64,000 nucleotides of DNA from Spirochaetota bacterium (GTDB lineage Bacteria > Spirochaetota > GWB1-36-13 > JAKPDD01). This document shows positions 38,752 through 49,222 of the stretch, piece by piece. A program made the position numbers and the translations under genes. The notes under the pieces were generated by a model that was given only the letters and a program-made list of their open reading frames with translations, was not told the DNA's origin and did no database searches. How positions within the stretch are numbered: the first letter of the stretch is position 1; every line of letters starts with the position of its first letter. The stretch spans positions 139,612 to 203,611 of the forward strand of contig JAKPDD010000046.1 in assembly GCA_029552945.1 (NCBI GenBank), read 5' to 3'.

Positions 38752-38893
38752 AAATTTTTTTCCTCAGCTATTATTTTAATTTTTAAAGTAAAAATTCGGT
38801 ATCATTTAAAATATTTTTATTATTTTTTATTTATTAAGATATTGTTTTCATTTTAAAATAAAATTTTTGTTTGAAAGATTTCGGAGAGTTTTT

Positions 38894-40783
38894 ATGAAAA
38901 AAATATTTTTTTTAATATCATTATTTATACCATTTTATATATTTTGTGAGACTGCAACAGAGCTTTATAACAAAGGAAAGGTTTTACTTGATTCATATAA
39001 GTGTTATGAAGCAAGTATATATTTTAATAAAGCTATTGCACTTAATCCTTATTATAAAGAAGCTTATGCTTTGGCAGGAGATTCATACTTTTGTCTTGAA
39101 AATTATATTGAAGCTGAAAAATATTATCAAAAAGCACTTTTTTATGACCCAGAGAACACAAATTATATCTTAAGACTTGCAAAAATAAAATTATCCTTAG
39201 CAAGGGATCCAAAACAGACATTGGGTGCAGAGTATTATATATATAAGGCATACAAGATAAATCCAAGAGATCCTGAGGTTTTAAGAGTATATGGAGATTA
39301 TTATTATAAACTTGGTAAATTAGCAGAAGCTATGGATACGTATCAAAAGGTTATAAAGGGTTCTGACGATTATCTTACTTACCTTAGAATTGCAACAATA
39401 TATATGAGATGGAAAAATTATGAAAAGGCTTATGAATATCTACTGAAAGCTGAAACAATAAAGAGTGATGATTATCGTGTTACTTTTTCGCTTGCTAATT
39501 ATTATATTGAAGTTAAAGATTATGAGAAAGCTGTTTCTTATCTTGAGCTTACTTTAAAAATTTTCCCAGACTTTAAAGATGGCTTAAGAAAAGCTATATA
39601 TTTTTACATTCAAAGGGAAGAATATGCTTCAGCAATAAATAAAATTAATCATATTCTTAAACTTGATCCATTGGGTATATATTATTATTATCTGGGAATT
39701 GCTTATCTTGGACTTGGTAGAAATGAAGACGCTATAAGATTTTTTATGGAAGGAATAAAAAAAGATTCTTCTGATGAGATGATAAGGCTTAAAATTGATG
39801 AACTTGTAGTAAAAAAAATGCCTTTAGGATATGAGCTTAGAAAAGACTTAGGTAATTTTTATTTTCAAAAAGCTAAAAACTCTTATGAAAAGGGTGAGTA
39901 TTATAAAACAGTTTTATTACTCAAAAGAGCTCTCCGAATAAATCCTTTATCTCTTGATATAAGAAAATACCTTGCTAATATATTTAGGGAGAGGGGATTG
40001 ATAAACCTTTTTTTAAACACTTTAAAAAGTGGTCTTTTTGTTAGATTTGACCAGGAGATAAAGGACCTTATAGATCTTAATAATAGATTTTTATGGGATA
40101 AGGTTTCTTATAAAAACTCAATTGATCAATATAAAGAGTATTTGTTTTTACCTGAGGTTTTAGTCTCTGATATTGTTGAAGAGGATAATAATAAACACCT
40201 TTTTATATCTTATGATTTAAAAGATTATATCATAAGTGCTCTTATGAATACATACTCTATTAATGTTAAGTCTATTGAAAAGAAAGAGATTGATGAGATT
40301 GAAAAAACAAATAGATTACTATTAAGACTAAGGTTTATAGAAGGTGAAAATTATATTGAGTTTGTTGCCCAGCTTGTTAATCTTTACACTGGTAATATAT
40401 ATAAAGAGTATACTGTAAGAAAATATGGTAATGATAGGCTTTTGAATTCTATAATTGAATTGTGTGAACAAGTAAAGAGAGATGTTAAACCTTTTGGTAA
40501 AATAATAAAGATTGATGATGATGAGGCTATAATAAGTCTAGGGCAGTTGCAGGGTATAAAGAAGGGGGATAAGTTTATTATATATAACCTTTCAAATATT
40601 GTTGATTCTTTTTATTCCGGCAATCCATTTAATACTCCTGAGGTAATTGGCCATGCCGAAGTCCTGGAAGTTGATGAAATGATAAGTAAAGTAAAACTTT
40701 ATAGAAGTAGTACTGTTGTTTTTAATATGATAAACCTAGATAATATAGCTGTTTATAGGGATAATGATGATAAAAAGAAGTAA
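38894..40783 (+). CDS. Secreted TPR-repeat protein
   Basis: ORF track starts at 38867; ATG at 38894 with RBS GGAG begins a signal peptide; multiple TPR-like repeats in the N-terminal half. Confidence 0.6.
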   Translation: MKKIFFLISLFIPFYIFCETATELYNKGKVLLDSYKCYEASIYFNKAIALNPYYKEAYALAGDSYFCLENYIEAEKYYQKALFYDPENTNYILRLAKIKLSLARDPKQTLGAEYYIYKAYKINPRDPEVLRVYGDYYYKLGKLAEAMDTYQKVIKGSDDYLTYLRIATIYMRWKNYEKAYEYLLKAETIKSDDYRVTFSLANYYIEVKDYEKAVSYLELTLKIFPDFKDGLRKAIYFYIQREEYASAINKINHILKLDPLGIYYYYLGIAYLGLGRNEDAIRFFMEGIKKDSSDEMIRLKIDELVVKKMPLGYELRKDLGNFYFQKAKNSYEKGEYYKTVLLLKRALRINPLSLDIRKYLANIFRERGLINLFLNTLKSGLFVRFDQEIKDLIDLNNRFLWDKVSYKNSIDQYKEYLFLPEVLVSDIVEEDNNKHLFISYDLKDYIISALMNTYSINVKSIEKKEIDEIEKTNRLLLRLRFIEGENYIEFVAQLVNLYTGNIYKEYTVRKYGNDRLLNSIIELCEQVKRDVKPFGKIIKIDDDEAIISLGQLQGIKKGDKFIIYNLSNIVDSFYSGNPFNTPEVIGHAEVLEVDEMISKVKLYRSSTVVFNMINLDNIAVYRDNDDKKK

Positions 40784-41822
40784 AACAAGGGTTATATCTG
40801 TTGGAAATGTAAGAATAGGGGGGGAAAATCCTATTGTTATTCAGAGCATGACAAATACTGAGACTAAAGATAAAGAGAAAACTCTAACTCAAATAATCTC
40901 TCTAAAGAATGAGGGAGCAAAAATTGTAAGAGTATCTGTTAAAGATAACAGGGATGTTGAAGTTTTGCCTTATCTTATTGAAAAATCTGGCATTCCACTT
41001 ATAGCAGACATACACTTTGACTATAAACTTGCAATAGAATCTATAAGAAAAGGTATAGCAGGTATACGGATAAATCCTGGAAATATAAAAGATGAAAAAA
41101 AATTGATAGAGATTATAAAGGAAGCAAAGATAAAAAATACTGCTATAAGAATAGGTGTTAATACAGGTTCTATAGACAGGACAAGATATAAGCCAGATTC
41201 TGAGGGTATGGTATATTCAGCACTGGATTTTATAAAGGAAGCAGAAAAGTTAGGTTTTTATAATATAAAAGTTTCACTTAAGTCTTCGGATATAAAGAAT
41301 AATATTGAGGCAAATAGACTTTTTTCTCAGAAATCAAATTATCCTTTACATATTGGAGTAACTGAGGCTGGCCCTTTAATGATAAGTGCTGTAAGATCAT
41401 CAATAGGTATAGGTGTACTATTATTGGATGGTATAGGTGATACAATAAGAGTCTCTGTAACGGGTGATCCTGTTAATGAGGTTAAAATTGCAAAAGAGAT
41501 ATTGATATCTCTTGGACTTATGAATGGAATAAAATGGATCTCATGTCCTACATGCGGGCGAACCTCTATTGATGTTGAGAAAATAACACTGGAATTAATG
41601 GATTCATTCAAAAATTTTGATGATATAAATAAAATCATAACTATTGCTGTTATGGGATGTACTGTTAATGGACCTGGAGAAGCTAAAGACTCTGATATTG
41701 CTGTTGTTGGAGGGACTGATTATTCATTAATATATATAAAAGGTAGTATTTATAAAAAGGTTGAGAACTTTAATATATTTAAAGAATTAAAACAGGTTAT
41801 AGAGTCATACTTTTTATCTTAA
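40764..41822 (+). CDS. ispG: 4-hydroxy-3-methylbut-2-enyl diphosphate synthase (GcpE)
   Basis: 352 aa; TIM-barrel N-domain and C-terminal Fe-S Cys motifs (CPTCGR, GCTVNGPGE). Confidence 0.9.
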   Translation: MMIKRSKTRVISVGNVRIGGENPIVIQSMTNTETKDKEKTLTQIISLKNEGAKIVRVSVKDNRDVEVLPYLIEKSGIPLIADIHFDYKLAIESIRKGIAGIRINPGNIKDEKKLIEIIKEAKIKNTAIRIGVNTGSIDRTRYKPDSEGMVYSALDFIKEAEKLGFYNIKVSLKSSDIKNNIEANRLFSQKSNYPLHIGVTEAGPLMISAVRSSIGIGVLLLDGIGDTIRVSVTGDPVNEVKIAKEILISLGLMNGIKWISCPTCGRTSIDVEKITLELMDSFKNFDDINKIITIAVMGCTVNGPGEAKDSDIAVVGGTDYSLIYIKGSIYKKVENFNIFKELKQVIESYFLS

Positions 41823-41945
41823 TTTAATTATTCTATGTTTTATTTTTAATTACAACTAATCTCTGTTTTTTTACAAAAAATTTGAATTAAATAGTTAAAT
41901 TTTACTTGTTTAAACTAATCTTTGTAGTTAATTGGAGGTTTTAAG

Positions 41946-42692
41946 ATGTCTGGTCACTCAAAATGGGCTAATATTAAACATAGAAAAGCAGCTCAGGATG
42001 CTAAAAAAGCAAAAGTTTTCACAAAAATACTTAAAGAGATAACTATTGCAGCAAGGATAGGGGGAGGAGATCCTGAAGCTAATCCAAGATTAAGACTTGC
42101 TATTGAGAGAGCAAGAGATAATAACCTACCTAAAGATAATATAGATAAAGCAATAAAGAGAGGGACAGGTGAACTTTCTGGTGTTAATTATGAGGAATAT
42201 ATTTATGAAGGGTATGCACCAGGTGGTGTTGCTCTTTTAATAGAAGTTATGACAGATAATAAAAACAGAACTGGTTCTGAAGTTAGGAGTCTACTTTCAA
42301 AAAATGGTGGTAGTATGGCTGAAGCAGGTGCTGTATCATGGATATTCGAAAAAAAGGGAGTTATTACACTGGAAGGTATATCAGAAGATAAAGTTATGGA
42401 GGTTGCAATAGAATCTGGTGCTGATGATATAGAGAGTGATGGTGATATTGTAAATGTTTATTGTAGTGTTGAATCTTTTGAAGGCTTAACAAAAAATCTA
42501 AAAGAGGTTTTTAAAGATAAAGTAAAAAACGCTGAACTTACCATGGTTCCAAAAAATACTGTTAATATAGAAGATAAAGATACTGCAACAAGAGTTATAA
42601 AGCTTGTTGAATTACTTGAAGACCACGATGATGTTCAGAAGGTACATGCTAATTTTGATATTCCTGATAATATAATGGAATCTTTGGCATGA
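41946..42692 (+). CDS. yebC: YebC/PmpR family DNA-binding regulatory protein
   Basis: 248 aa; N-terminal [14 protein letters not shown] signature. Confidence 0.9.
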   Translation: MSGHSKWANIKHRKAAQDAKKAKVFTKILKEITIAARIGGGDPEANPRLRLAIERARDNNLPKDNIDKAIKRGTGELSGVNYEEYIYEGYAPGGVALLIEVMTDNKNRTGSEVRSLLSKNGGSMAEAGAVSWIFEKKGVITLEGISEDKVMEVAIESGADDIESDGDIVNVYCSVESFEGLTKNLKEVFKDKVKNAELTMVPKNTVNIEDKDTATRVIKLVELLEDHDDVQKVHANFDIPDNIMESLA

Positions 42693-43150
42693 TAGTATTG
42701 GGGATTGATCCTGGCAGTAGTAGAGTAGGTTATGGTATAATTGAAAAGAGGGGGAATATTTATAAAGCAATTACTTATGGTCTTATAGACCTTCCACCAT
42801 CTATAGAATTATCTGATAAGTTTTTAATAATATACAATAAAATAAAAGAGATTATTGAAAACTACAGACCAGATATAGTTTCTGTTGAAAAAGTATATTT
42901 TTTTAGAAACCAGAAAACTATAACAGAGGTACTTGAGGCAAGAGGGGTTATAATATTATCAGTTGTTCAAAATAATGTTAAACTTATCGAAGTTACCCCT
43001 CTTCAGGTTAAAAGTATAACAGGTTTTGGCAGGGCAAAAAAAGATCAAGTTTCAAAAATGGTACAGATGCTACTAGGTATTGAAATAAAATCTTTTGATG
43101 ATGTGACAGATGCATTAGCAATTGCTATAGCAGGTTCAAACTATTATTAA
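42689..43150 (+). CDS. ruvC: Holliday junction resolvase RuvC
   Basis: 153 aa; MIVLGIDPG start with catalytic Asp, RNase H-like fold pattern; 4-nt overlap with yebC. Confidence 0.85.
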   Translation: MIVLGIDPGSSRVGYGIIEKRGNIYKAITYGLIDLPPSIELSDKFLIIYNKIKEIIENYRPDIVSVEKVYFFRNQKTITEVLEARGVIILSVVQNNVKLIEVTPLQVKSITGFGRAKKDQVSKMVQMLLGIEIKSFDDVTDALAIAIAGSNYY

Positions 43151-43214
43151 TTTAGTTTTATTCTTAATTTTTCATTAAATTTTTATCTAAAATTTTAGGA
43201 TTAAATTTTATTTG

Positions 43215-44300
43215 ATGAATAAAATCATTTCTGCAGTAAAAAAAATTGAAAGTGGTAACCCTGATAAAGATGCTCTTTTATATCTATTTTCTACCAATGA
43301 AGATATTGATATTTTATTTTCAGCTGCTTACGAGGTGAAAGAGAGATATGTAGGTAAGAAAGTATATTTAAGAGGTCTTATTGAGTTTTCTAATATATGT
43401 AAGAAAAATTGTTATTACTGCGGTATCAGGAGAGATAATCATAAAATTAAGAGATATAGTATGAATAAAGAGGAGATTCTAGAATCAGCTATTTTTGCTT
43501 ACAAATCTGGTTTTGGTTCTATAGTATTACAATCAGGTGAAAGAGATGATAGAGACTTCATAAATAATCTTGTTGAAGTTATAAAGGAAATAAAGAGTAT
43601 TACCAATAATGAACTTGGAATAACTTTATGTGTTGGTGAGGAAAAGAGAGATGATTATGAAAAGTTGTTTGAAGCAGGTGCTCATAGATATCTTTTAAGG
43701 ATAGAAACAAGCAATGAAGATTTATATAAAAAAATACACCCTGAAGACCATAGTTTTTATAATAGAGTTGAATGTATTAAAATGTTAAAAAATATTGGAT
43801 ATCAGACAGGCACAGGAGTTATGATTGGACTTCCTTTTCAGACAATTGATGATTTAGTTTCTGATATTGTTTTCTTTGTTGAAAATGATATTGATATGAT
43901 AGGTATGGGCCCATATATAGAACATAAGGATACACCTCTTTTTAAGTATAATTCTAAGTTTACGCTTAAGGAAAGGTTTGAACTTACATTAAAAATGATT
44001 GCTATAATGAGAATATTGATGAAAGACATTAATATTGCATCAACAACTGCACTTCAGGCAATAGATCCAGCTGGAAGAGAGAAAGGAATATTGGCAGGTG
44101 CAAACGTTATTATGCCAAATATTACACCTTTAAAATATAGAGAAGACTATAGACTTTATGAAAACAAGCCGTGTATTAATGAAAACTCTGAAGATTGCAA
44201 GGACTGCGTTTTAAATAGAATAAAAATGATTGGGGAAAGTGTTGCTTTAAACTCTCTGGGGGATCCTATCCATTATTACAGAAGAAATAAGGAATCTTAA
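43215..44300 (+). CDS. hydE: [FeFe]-hydrogenase maturase HydE (radical SAM)
   Basis: ORF track starts at TTG 43212; ATG at 43215; radical-SAM CKKNCYYCGIRRDN and strong similarity along the length to my recollection of HydE rather than BioB. Confidence 0.75.
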   Translation: MNKIISAVKKIESGNPDKDALLYLFSTNEDIDILFSAAYEVKERYVGKKVYLRGLIEFSNICKKNCYYCGIRRDNHKIKRYSMNKEEILESAIFAYKSGFGSIVLQSGERDDRDFINNLVEVIKEIKSITNNELGITLCVGEEKRDDYEKLFEAGAHRYLLRIETSNEDLYKKIHPEDHSFYNRVECIKMLKNIGYQTGTGVMIGLPFQTIDDLVSDIVFFVENDIDMIGMGPYIEHKDTPLFKYNSKFTLKERFELTLKMIAIMRILMKDINIASTTALQAIDPAGREKGILAGANVIMPNITPLKYREDYRLYENKPCINENSEDCKDCVLNRIKMIGESVALNSLGDPIHYYRRNKES

Positions 44301-45295
44301 TGAGAAGTAACTTTGCTTTCTATTTTTTTAATTCTCCTTATGAGGATCCTGTTCTTTATGTGGAGCAGCTTAATTCAAGAGATAACCTTGTTTTTGATCT
44401 TGGTGATGTATCAAAAGTACCTAATTCTCTACTTATGAGAATAAAGTGGGTTTTTATATCCCATGCCCATATAGACCATTTTTGTGGTTTTGTAAAGTTT
44501 TTAAGGACAATCTTAAAAATTGTTGGCAAAGAGGTATATGTCTTTGGACCTGAAGGTATTGCTGATAATGTGGAAGGGGTCTTAAAATCATTTACTTGGA
44601 ATCTTATAGATAATTATAACATTAAGTTTTATGTAAAAGAGATAGGGAGCAGAATAAAAACATACTTTTTTTCTTCATCTGAAAAGTTTTCAAAAGAACT
44701 TATTTCTGAGAGTGATTTTACAGATTTAATTCTGGATGAAGAAAGTTTTCTAGTTAAAACCTCTATAATGGACCATAAAATACCTGTGTTAGGTTTTAGA
44801 CTTGAAGAAAAAAATAGATATGCTGTTGATAAAGAAAGACTTTTAGCATTTGAACTTAAGCCTGGTAAATGGCTTACTGATGTAAAAAAAAAATTAATTA
44901 AAGATGAGATTGATGATTATATCAAAGTTGATAATAAGGTTTTTAAAATAAGAGAACTTGTCGAGAGCAAAATACTTTTTCTCAAAAAAGCTCCCTCTCA
45001 TGCTTATATTACTGATATTGGTTTTACAAAAGATAATTTTATAAAGGCCTGTTCTCTGTCAAAAGATGTTAAAAACCTTTTTATAGAGACTCATTTTACC
45101 CATAAAGAGATTGATATGGCAAGAAAAACATATCATCTTACTGCTTATCAGGCTGGTATAATTGCAGGTGCATCAAGAGCTGAGAGGGTAAGAATATTTC
45201 ATTTTTCTCAAAGATATATTAAGAATAAAATAGGAGAGAAAGAACTTTATTATGAACTTAATAAAGCAAGGTCTTTATTTGGTTACAATTTTTAA
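44300..45295 (+). CDS. Metallo-beta-lactamase fold hydrolase (RNase Z-like)
   Basis: 331 aa; HxHxDH motif (ISHAHIDHFCGF); TAATG overlap with the hydE stop. Confidence 0.55.
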   Translation: MRSNFAFYFFNSPYEDPVLYVEQLNSRDNLVFDLGDVSKVPNSLLMRIKWVFISHAHIDHFCGFVKFLRTILKIVGKEVYVFGPEGIADNVEGVLKSFTWNLIDNYNIKFYVKEIGSRIKTYFFSSSEKFSKELISESDFTDLILDEESFLVKTSIMDHKIPVLGFRLEEKNRYAVDKERLLAFELKPGKWLTDVKKKLIKDEIDDYIKVDNKVFKIRELVESKILFLKKAPSHAYITDIGFTKDNFIKACSLSKDVKNLFIETHFTHKEIDMARKTYHLTAYQAGIIAGASRAERVRIFHFSQRYIKNKIGEKELYYELNKARSLFGYNF

Positions 45296-46701
45296 ACTTC
45301 CTCATTTATTTCTTCTTCATTTTCATCAGAATTATCGTCAGAAGAACTTGTACCAAAATATTCATACAACTTTCTGTGAAGTGTTTTTCTGCCAATATTC
45401 AGTATTTTAGCTGCTTTAGACTTATTGTTTTTGACAAACTTCAGTGTTGACAAAATATATATTTTTTCAACTTCACTTAGCGGGAGACCAAGATTTATTT
45501 TTACAAAGTCTTTCTCAATTATCTCACTTTTTATATGAGGAGGAATATCTTTTTCTGTTATTTCATTTCCTCTCGCAAGTACAACCATACCTTCAATCAA
45601 GTTTCTAAGTTCTCTTATATTTCCTGGCCATGAATATGATTCTAATATAGCCATAGCTTTTGGCGATATAGTAAGCATTGGCTTATTGTTTATCTGACAA
45701 AACTCTTTTATAAAAGCATTAACAAGTAATGGAATGTCATCTTTTCTTTCTCTTAAGGGTGGCATTTTTATTGATACAACTTTTAATCTATAATATAGAT
45801 CTTCTCTGAAGTTTTTTTTCTGTACTTCTTGTAGTAGATCTCTATTTGTAGCTGTTATTACTCTTACATCAACCTTTATTGTTTTTGTTCCACCAACTCT
45901 TTCAAACTCTTTTTCCTGCAATACTCTTAACAATTTTACCTGAATAATTGGAGAAATCTCGCCTATTTCATCTAAAAATAGTGTCCCACCATCAGCAAGT
46001 TCAAACCTTCCCTTTTTCATTGCTATTGCACCTGTAAACGCACCTTTTTCATGACCAAATAGCTCTGATTCGAGAAGGTTTTCGTTAAGGGCTGCACAGT
46101 GTAGTTTTACAAGTGGTTTATCTGCTCTATCACTTAACCTGTGAATAGCATTTGCTATTAACTCTTTTCCTGTTCCACTTTCACCTTCTATAAGTACAGT
46201 TGCTTTTGTTGGTGCAACCTGCTTTACAATATCCATTACGCTTTTAAGTGATGATGAACTTCCTATTATATTTTCAATTCCATATTTTTCATTAAGTTGT
46301 TTTTTAAGTTCTATGTTTTCAAGTATTATATTTTTTTCTTTTATTGCTCTTTCTATTGTTAGTATTAGTTTATCAATATCAACTGGTTTTGTAAAAAAGT
46401 CATATGCACCCTTTTTCATTGATTCGACAGCAGTTTCAACATTACCATGGCCTGTAAGCATTATTACTTTTATATATGGTTTAATGTTATTTATCATTTC
46501 AAGTAATTTTGTACCACTTATTACTGGCATTTTTATGTCTGTTATTACTAAATCAAAATCATTATTTTTTATAAACTCAAAAGCTTCTTCACCATTTGAT
46601 GCTGTTTCAATATTATATCCTTCAAGTTCAAGGGTTTTTTTAAGACCTTCTCTTATATTTTTTTCATCATCAACTATAAGTATATTTCCTGTTGTGTTCA
46701 T
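45292..46701 (-). CDS. Sigma-54-dependent response regulator (NtrC family)
   Basis: 469 aa; receiver ([16 protein letters not shown]), [15 protein letters not shown]-terminal HTH, acidic tail. Confidence 0.9.
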   Translation of the reverse strand: MNTTGNILIVDDEKNIREGLKKTLELEGYNIETASNGEEAFEFIKNNDFDLVITDIKMPVISGTKLLEMINNIKPYIKVIMLTGHGNVETAVESMKKGAYDFFTKPVDIDKLILTIERAIKEKNIILENIELKKQLNEKYGIENIIGSSSSLKSVMDIVKQVAPTKATVLIEGESGTGKELIANAIHRLSDRADKPLVKLHCAALNENLLESELFGHEKGAFTGAIAMKKGRFELADGGTLFLDEIGEISPIIQVKLLRVLQEKEFERVGGTKTIKVDVRVITATNRDLLQEVQKKNFREDLYYRLKVVSIKMPPLRERKDDIPLLVNAFIKEFCQINNKPMLTISPKAMAILESYSWPGNIRELRNLIEGMVVLARGNEITEKDIPPHIKSEIIEKDFVKINLGLPLSEVEKIYILSTLKFVKNNKSKAAKILNIGRKTLHRKLYEYFGTSSSDDNSDENEEEINEEV

Positions 46702-46704
46702 TTA

Positions 46705-47232
46705 CTACTCCTTACTTCTTAAAAATGTTAGTTTATTTAGCCCGTATCTCCTTACATCTATTTTATTTAGTAGAAAACTTTCTATTTCTACATATTTTGG
46801 ATGTTGAATTATTATTAATGAATTTTTAATTAGCCTAGATTTTTCTATTTCTCTTGTAAGAGATGGCCAGTGTATAGTGTCATAGGGGGGAGAAAAAAAT
46901 ATGAAATCATTTTCTATCTCATAGTTTTTTAAGAATGTAAATGCATTAATACCTATAACCCTACCATTTACATTAAGTTTTTTTATATTTTCTTCTAACA
47001 ATTTTATTGCATTTCTTTCATTCTCTATAAATATAACTTCTTTAGCACCTCTGCTATAAGCTTCAAAGCCAACACTTCCTGTTCCAGCAAAAACATCAAT
47101 AAATATTTTATTTATAATATCATCTCCTAAAATATTAAAAAGTGCAGACTTTACAACAGATGTTGTTGGTCTTAGCCCTTTACCCTGGGTATCTATTTTT
47201 CTACCCTTTAGTTTTCCAGCTATTATTCTCAT
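46705..47232 (-). CDS. rsmD: 16S rRNA (guanine-N2)-methyltransferase RsmD
   Basis: 175 aa; SAM-binding DVFAGTGSVGFEA and PPY motif. Confidence 0.8.
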   Translation of the reverse strand: MRIIAGKLKGRKIDTQGKGLRPTTSVVKSALFNILGDDIINKIFIDVFAGTGSVGFEAYSRGAKEVIFIENERNAIKLLEENIKKLNVNGRVIGINAFTFLKNYEIENDFIFFSPPYDTIHWPSLTREIEKSRLIKNSLIIIQHPKYVEIESFLLNKIDVRRYGLNKLTFLRSKE

Positions 47233-47392
47233 ATATTTTTTGACCTTATTTTATAAATTATTTTATTTAAATGTAATAAAAAGACACACAAGAGACAAAT
47301 TTACACATGCTAATTTTTTCAAATATTTTACTTTGATCTATTTTTTAATTTTCTTGAAAGTATTATTTATAAATTTTATTACAAAAATTTTT

Positions 47393-47420
47393 TTGTAATT
47401 TTTCTTTTAAGTATTATATT
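47393..47420 (+). promoter_or_regulatory. Candidate sigma-70-type promoter for the tRNA cluster (-35 TTGTAA, 16-bp spacer, -10 TATATT)
   Basis: Hexamers at 47393-47398 and 47415-47420, about 20 bp upstream of the first tRNA; AT-rich context makes chance matches likely. Confidence 0.3.
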
Positions 47421-47439
47421 TAAATTCGCAAGATTGAAA

Positions 47440-47512
47440 GCTGGCGTAGCTCAATCGGTAGAGCAGCTGACTTGTAATCAGCTGGTTGTGGGTTCAATTC
47501 CTATCGCCAGCT
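47440..47512 (+). tRNA. tRNA-Thr (anticodon UGU)
   Basis: Cloverleaf by eye: acceptor GCTGGCG/CGCCAGC, D-arm GCTC/GAGC, anticodon stem GCTGA/TCAGC, loop CTTGTAA, T-loop TTCAATT. Confidence 0.8.
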
Positions 47513-47516
47513 CTTA

Positions 47517-47599
47517 GGGTAGGTGCCCGAGTGGTCAAAGGGAGCAGACTGTAAATCTGCCGCCGGAAGGCTACAGAGGTTCAAGTCCTCTCCTGCCCA
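47517..47599 (+). tRNA. tRNA-Tyr (anticodon GUA)
   Basis: Acceptor GGGTAGG/CCTGCCC with one G-U pair, anticodon stem GCAGA/TCTGC, loop CTGTAAA, long variable arm, T-loop TTCAAGT. Confidence 0.8.
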
Positions 47600-47613
47600 T
47601 TCAATCTAATAAG

Positions 47614-47686
47614 GGGCGGTTAGCTCAGCTGGGAGAGCATCTGCCTTACAAGCAGGAGGTAACAGGTTCGAGCCCTGTACCGCCCA
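47614..47686 (+). tRNA. tRNA-Val (anticodon UAC)
   Basis: Acceptor GGGCGGT/ACCGCCC, D-arm GCTC/GAGC, anticodon stem TCTGC/GCAGG, loop CTTACAA, T-arm ACAGG-TTCGAGC-CCTGT. Confidence 0.8.
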
Positions 47687-48205
47687 CATTTGCCCCTATA
47701 TATCATATCTTCTTATAGTTAAATGGATAAAAATCTTGATTAGGGATATCAATTTCAAGTCTGTATTTCTAAACTTCCCAATATTGAATATCCTAATTTA
47801 TAATCTATTTTTTATTTCATTTTTTTGACTGAAAGGCTCTTTAGCTAGAAATCAATAATTATTTTTATTATCTTTTTAAGAAAACAAGGGATAGTTTTTT
47901 TATTTTTTGATTCCAATTAAGGTTTTTTATATATTTAAATTGTTACAATTTTTTTAAATTAATATTTTGTTCTTTAAACTCAATAGTCAATAAGGTAATT
48001 AATATTTTCTTAATTTTAATATTTTAGTTTTAGGATTTTTAATTTAAAAACTTCTGAGGGTAAGTATATTTTAAACGATAAGGGTTACATAACACTTTTA
48101 GGTTTTAAAGTAATACCACCTATACTCTCATCTTTACTTGGGAAAGACTTTATAATTACTGTTGCTGAAGAGTTCAATTATCTTGAAGCAGAGGATAAAG
48201 AAGAA

Positions 48206-49141
48206 TTGGATAAAATGATTGAAGAGACTAAAGAAAGGCTTGGGGCTAGTTTCCACTGTTTTAGAGATGAGATCAAAAAAGGTTACAGTTTTAGAGTAAC
48301 ATATTCTTATCATACAAAAGATTATTCTTTGAATGGGACACCTTACGATAAGCTTATGTTTCCTGATAGATTAAAAGGTGGGCTTGAAATAAATAGTGAT
48401 AACAGGAGTGCTATATACCTTGCATTAAAGGAGAGAAGAATAGTATCTTCTGTTTTACCCAGAAAAGTATTTGGTGCACCATTATTATCATATTCATCTC
48501 CTATTTTTGATGATAATGGAATTCTAATTGGAGCTGTCTCTTTTTCTAACGATATTACTCAGATTCTTGATATGGCAAAGTCACTGGGTAATATACTCGA
48601 TAGTGATAGTGATACATTGCTTAAAAGAATAGCAGGTAGTTTAAAAAATGAACTTGAAGATGCAAAAATAATAAGTCAAAATCTTAAAGAGGAGTCTTTT
48701 ATAACTGAAAAGTCATCTAAGGCTATTATTGATATAACAAAAGATATTATATCAGTATCTAACAAACTGAATATACTTGCCTTTAATACAGCTATTGAAG
48801 CAACTAAAGTAGGAGGAAGAAATAGTGGTATAAACATAATAGCCAAAGAAATGAGAGCTATTGCTGATATTACAAAAGATTATTCAAAACAGATTTATTC
48901 TAATTCAAGTCTTTTATTTCAATCATCGAAAAAAGTTTATGAGAACTCTAATAATCTTCTGGAAAAAGCCGGAAAATTAGAAAATGATAGTAAAGTTTTA
49001 TTTGATACTTCGGCAAAGATAACAACTCAAAAAGATGAACTTGCCAACCTTGTTAGAATTTCGATAGATGATATAGCAAAGTCTCAAGATGATCTTAATG
49101 CTATTTTTACACTTATAAAAAATGAAAAAAATGGTTTTTAA
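48206..49141 (+). CDS. Soluble chemoreceptor-like protein: PAS-like N-terminal region plus MCP signalling-domain core
   Basis: LNILAFNTAIEATKVGGRNSGINIIAKEMRAIA matches the conserved MCP signalling motif (LNLLALNAAIEAARAGE.GRGFAVVA.EVR.LA); no TM helix; start uncertain (TTG 48206 or ATG 48215), and the frame is open upstream to 48020. Confidence 0.5.
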   Translation: MDKMIEETKERLGASFHCFRDEIKKGYSFRVTYSYHTKDYSLNGTPYDKLMFPDRLKGGLEINSDNRSAIYLALKERRIVSSVLPRKVFGAPLLSYSSPIFDDNGILIGAVSFSNDITQILDMAKSLGNILDSDSDTLLKRIAGSLKNELEDAKIISQNLKEESFITEKSSKAIIDITKDIISVSNKLNILAFNTAIEATKVGGRNSGINIIAKEMRAIADITKDYSKQIYSNSSLLFQSSKKVYENSNNLLEKAGKLENDSKVLFDTSAKITTQKDELANLVRISIDDIAKSQDDLNAIFTLIKNEKNGF

Positions 49142-49222
49142 TTTTTTTATCTATTTTTACCGAAAATTATAATTATGTGTTATTCTTAATTTATTGGATA
49201 CATTATTTTATGGGGGCTGAGA

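Noticed and set aside
47687-48019. Genomic island or prophage integrated next to the tRNA-Thr/Tyr/Val cluster
   Set aside because: No integrase, recombinase or transposase gene and no direct repeat of a tRNA 3' end were seen; downstream genes look like ordinary chromosomal signalling and envelope genes
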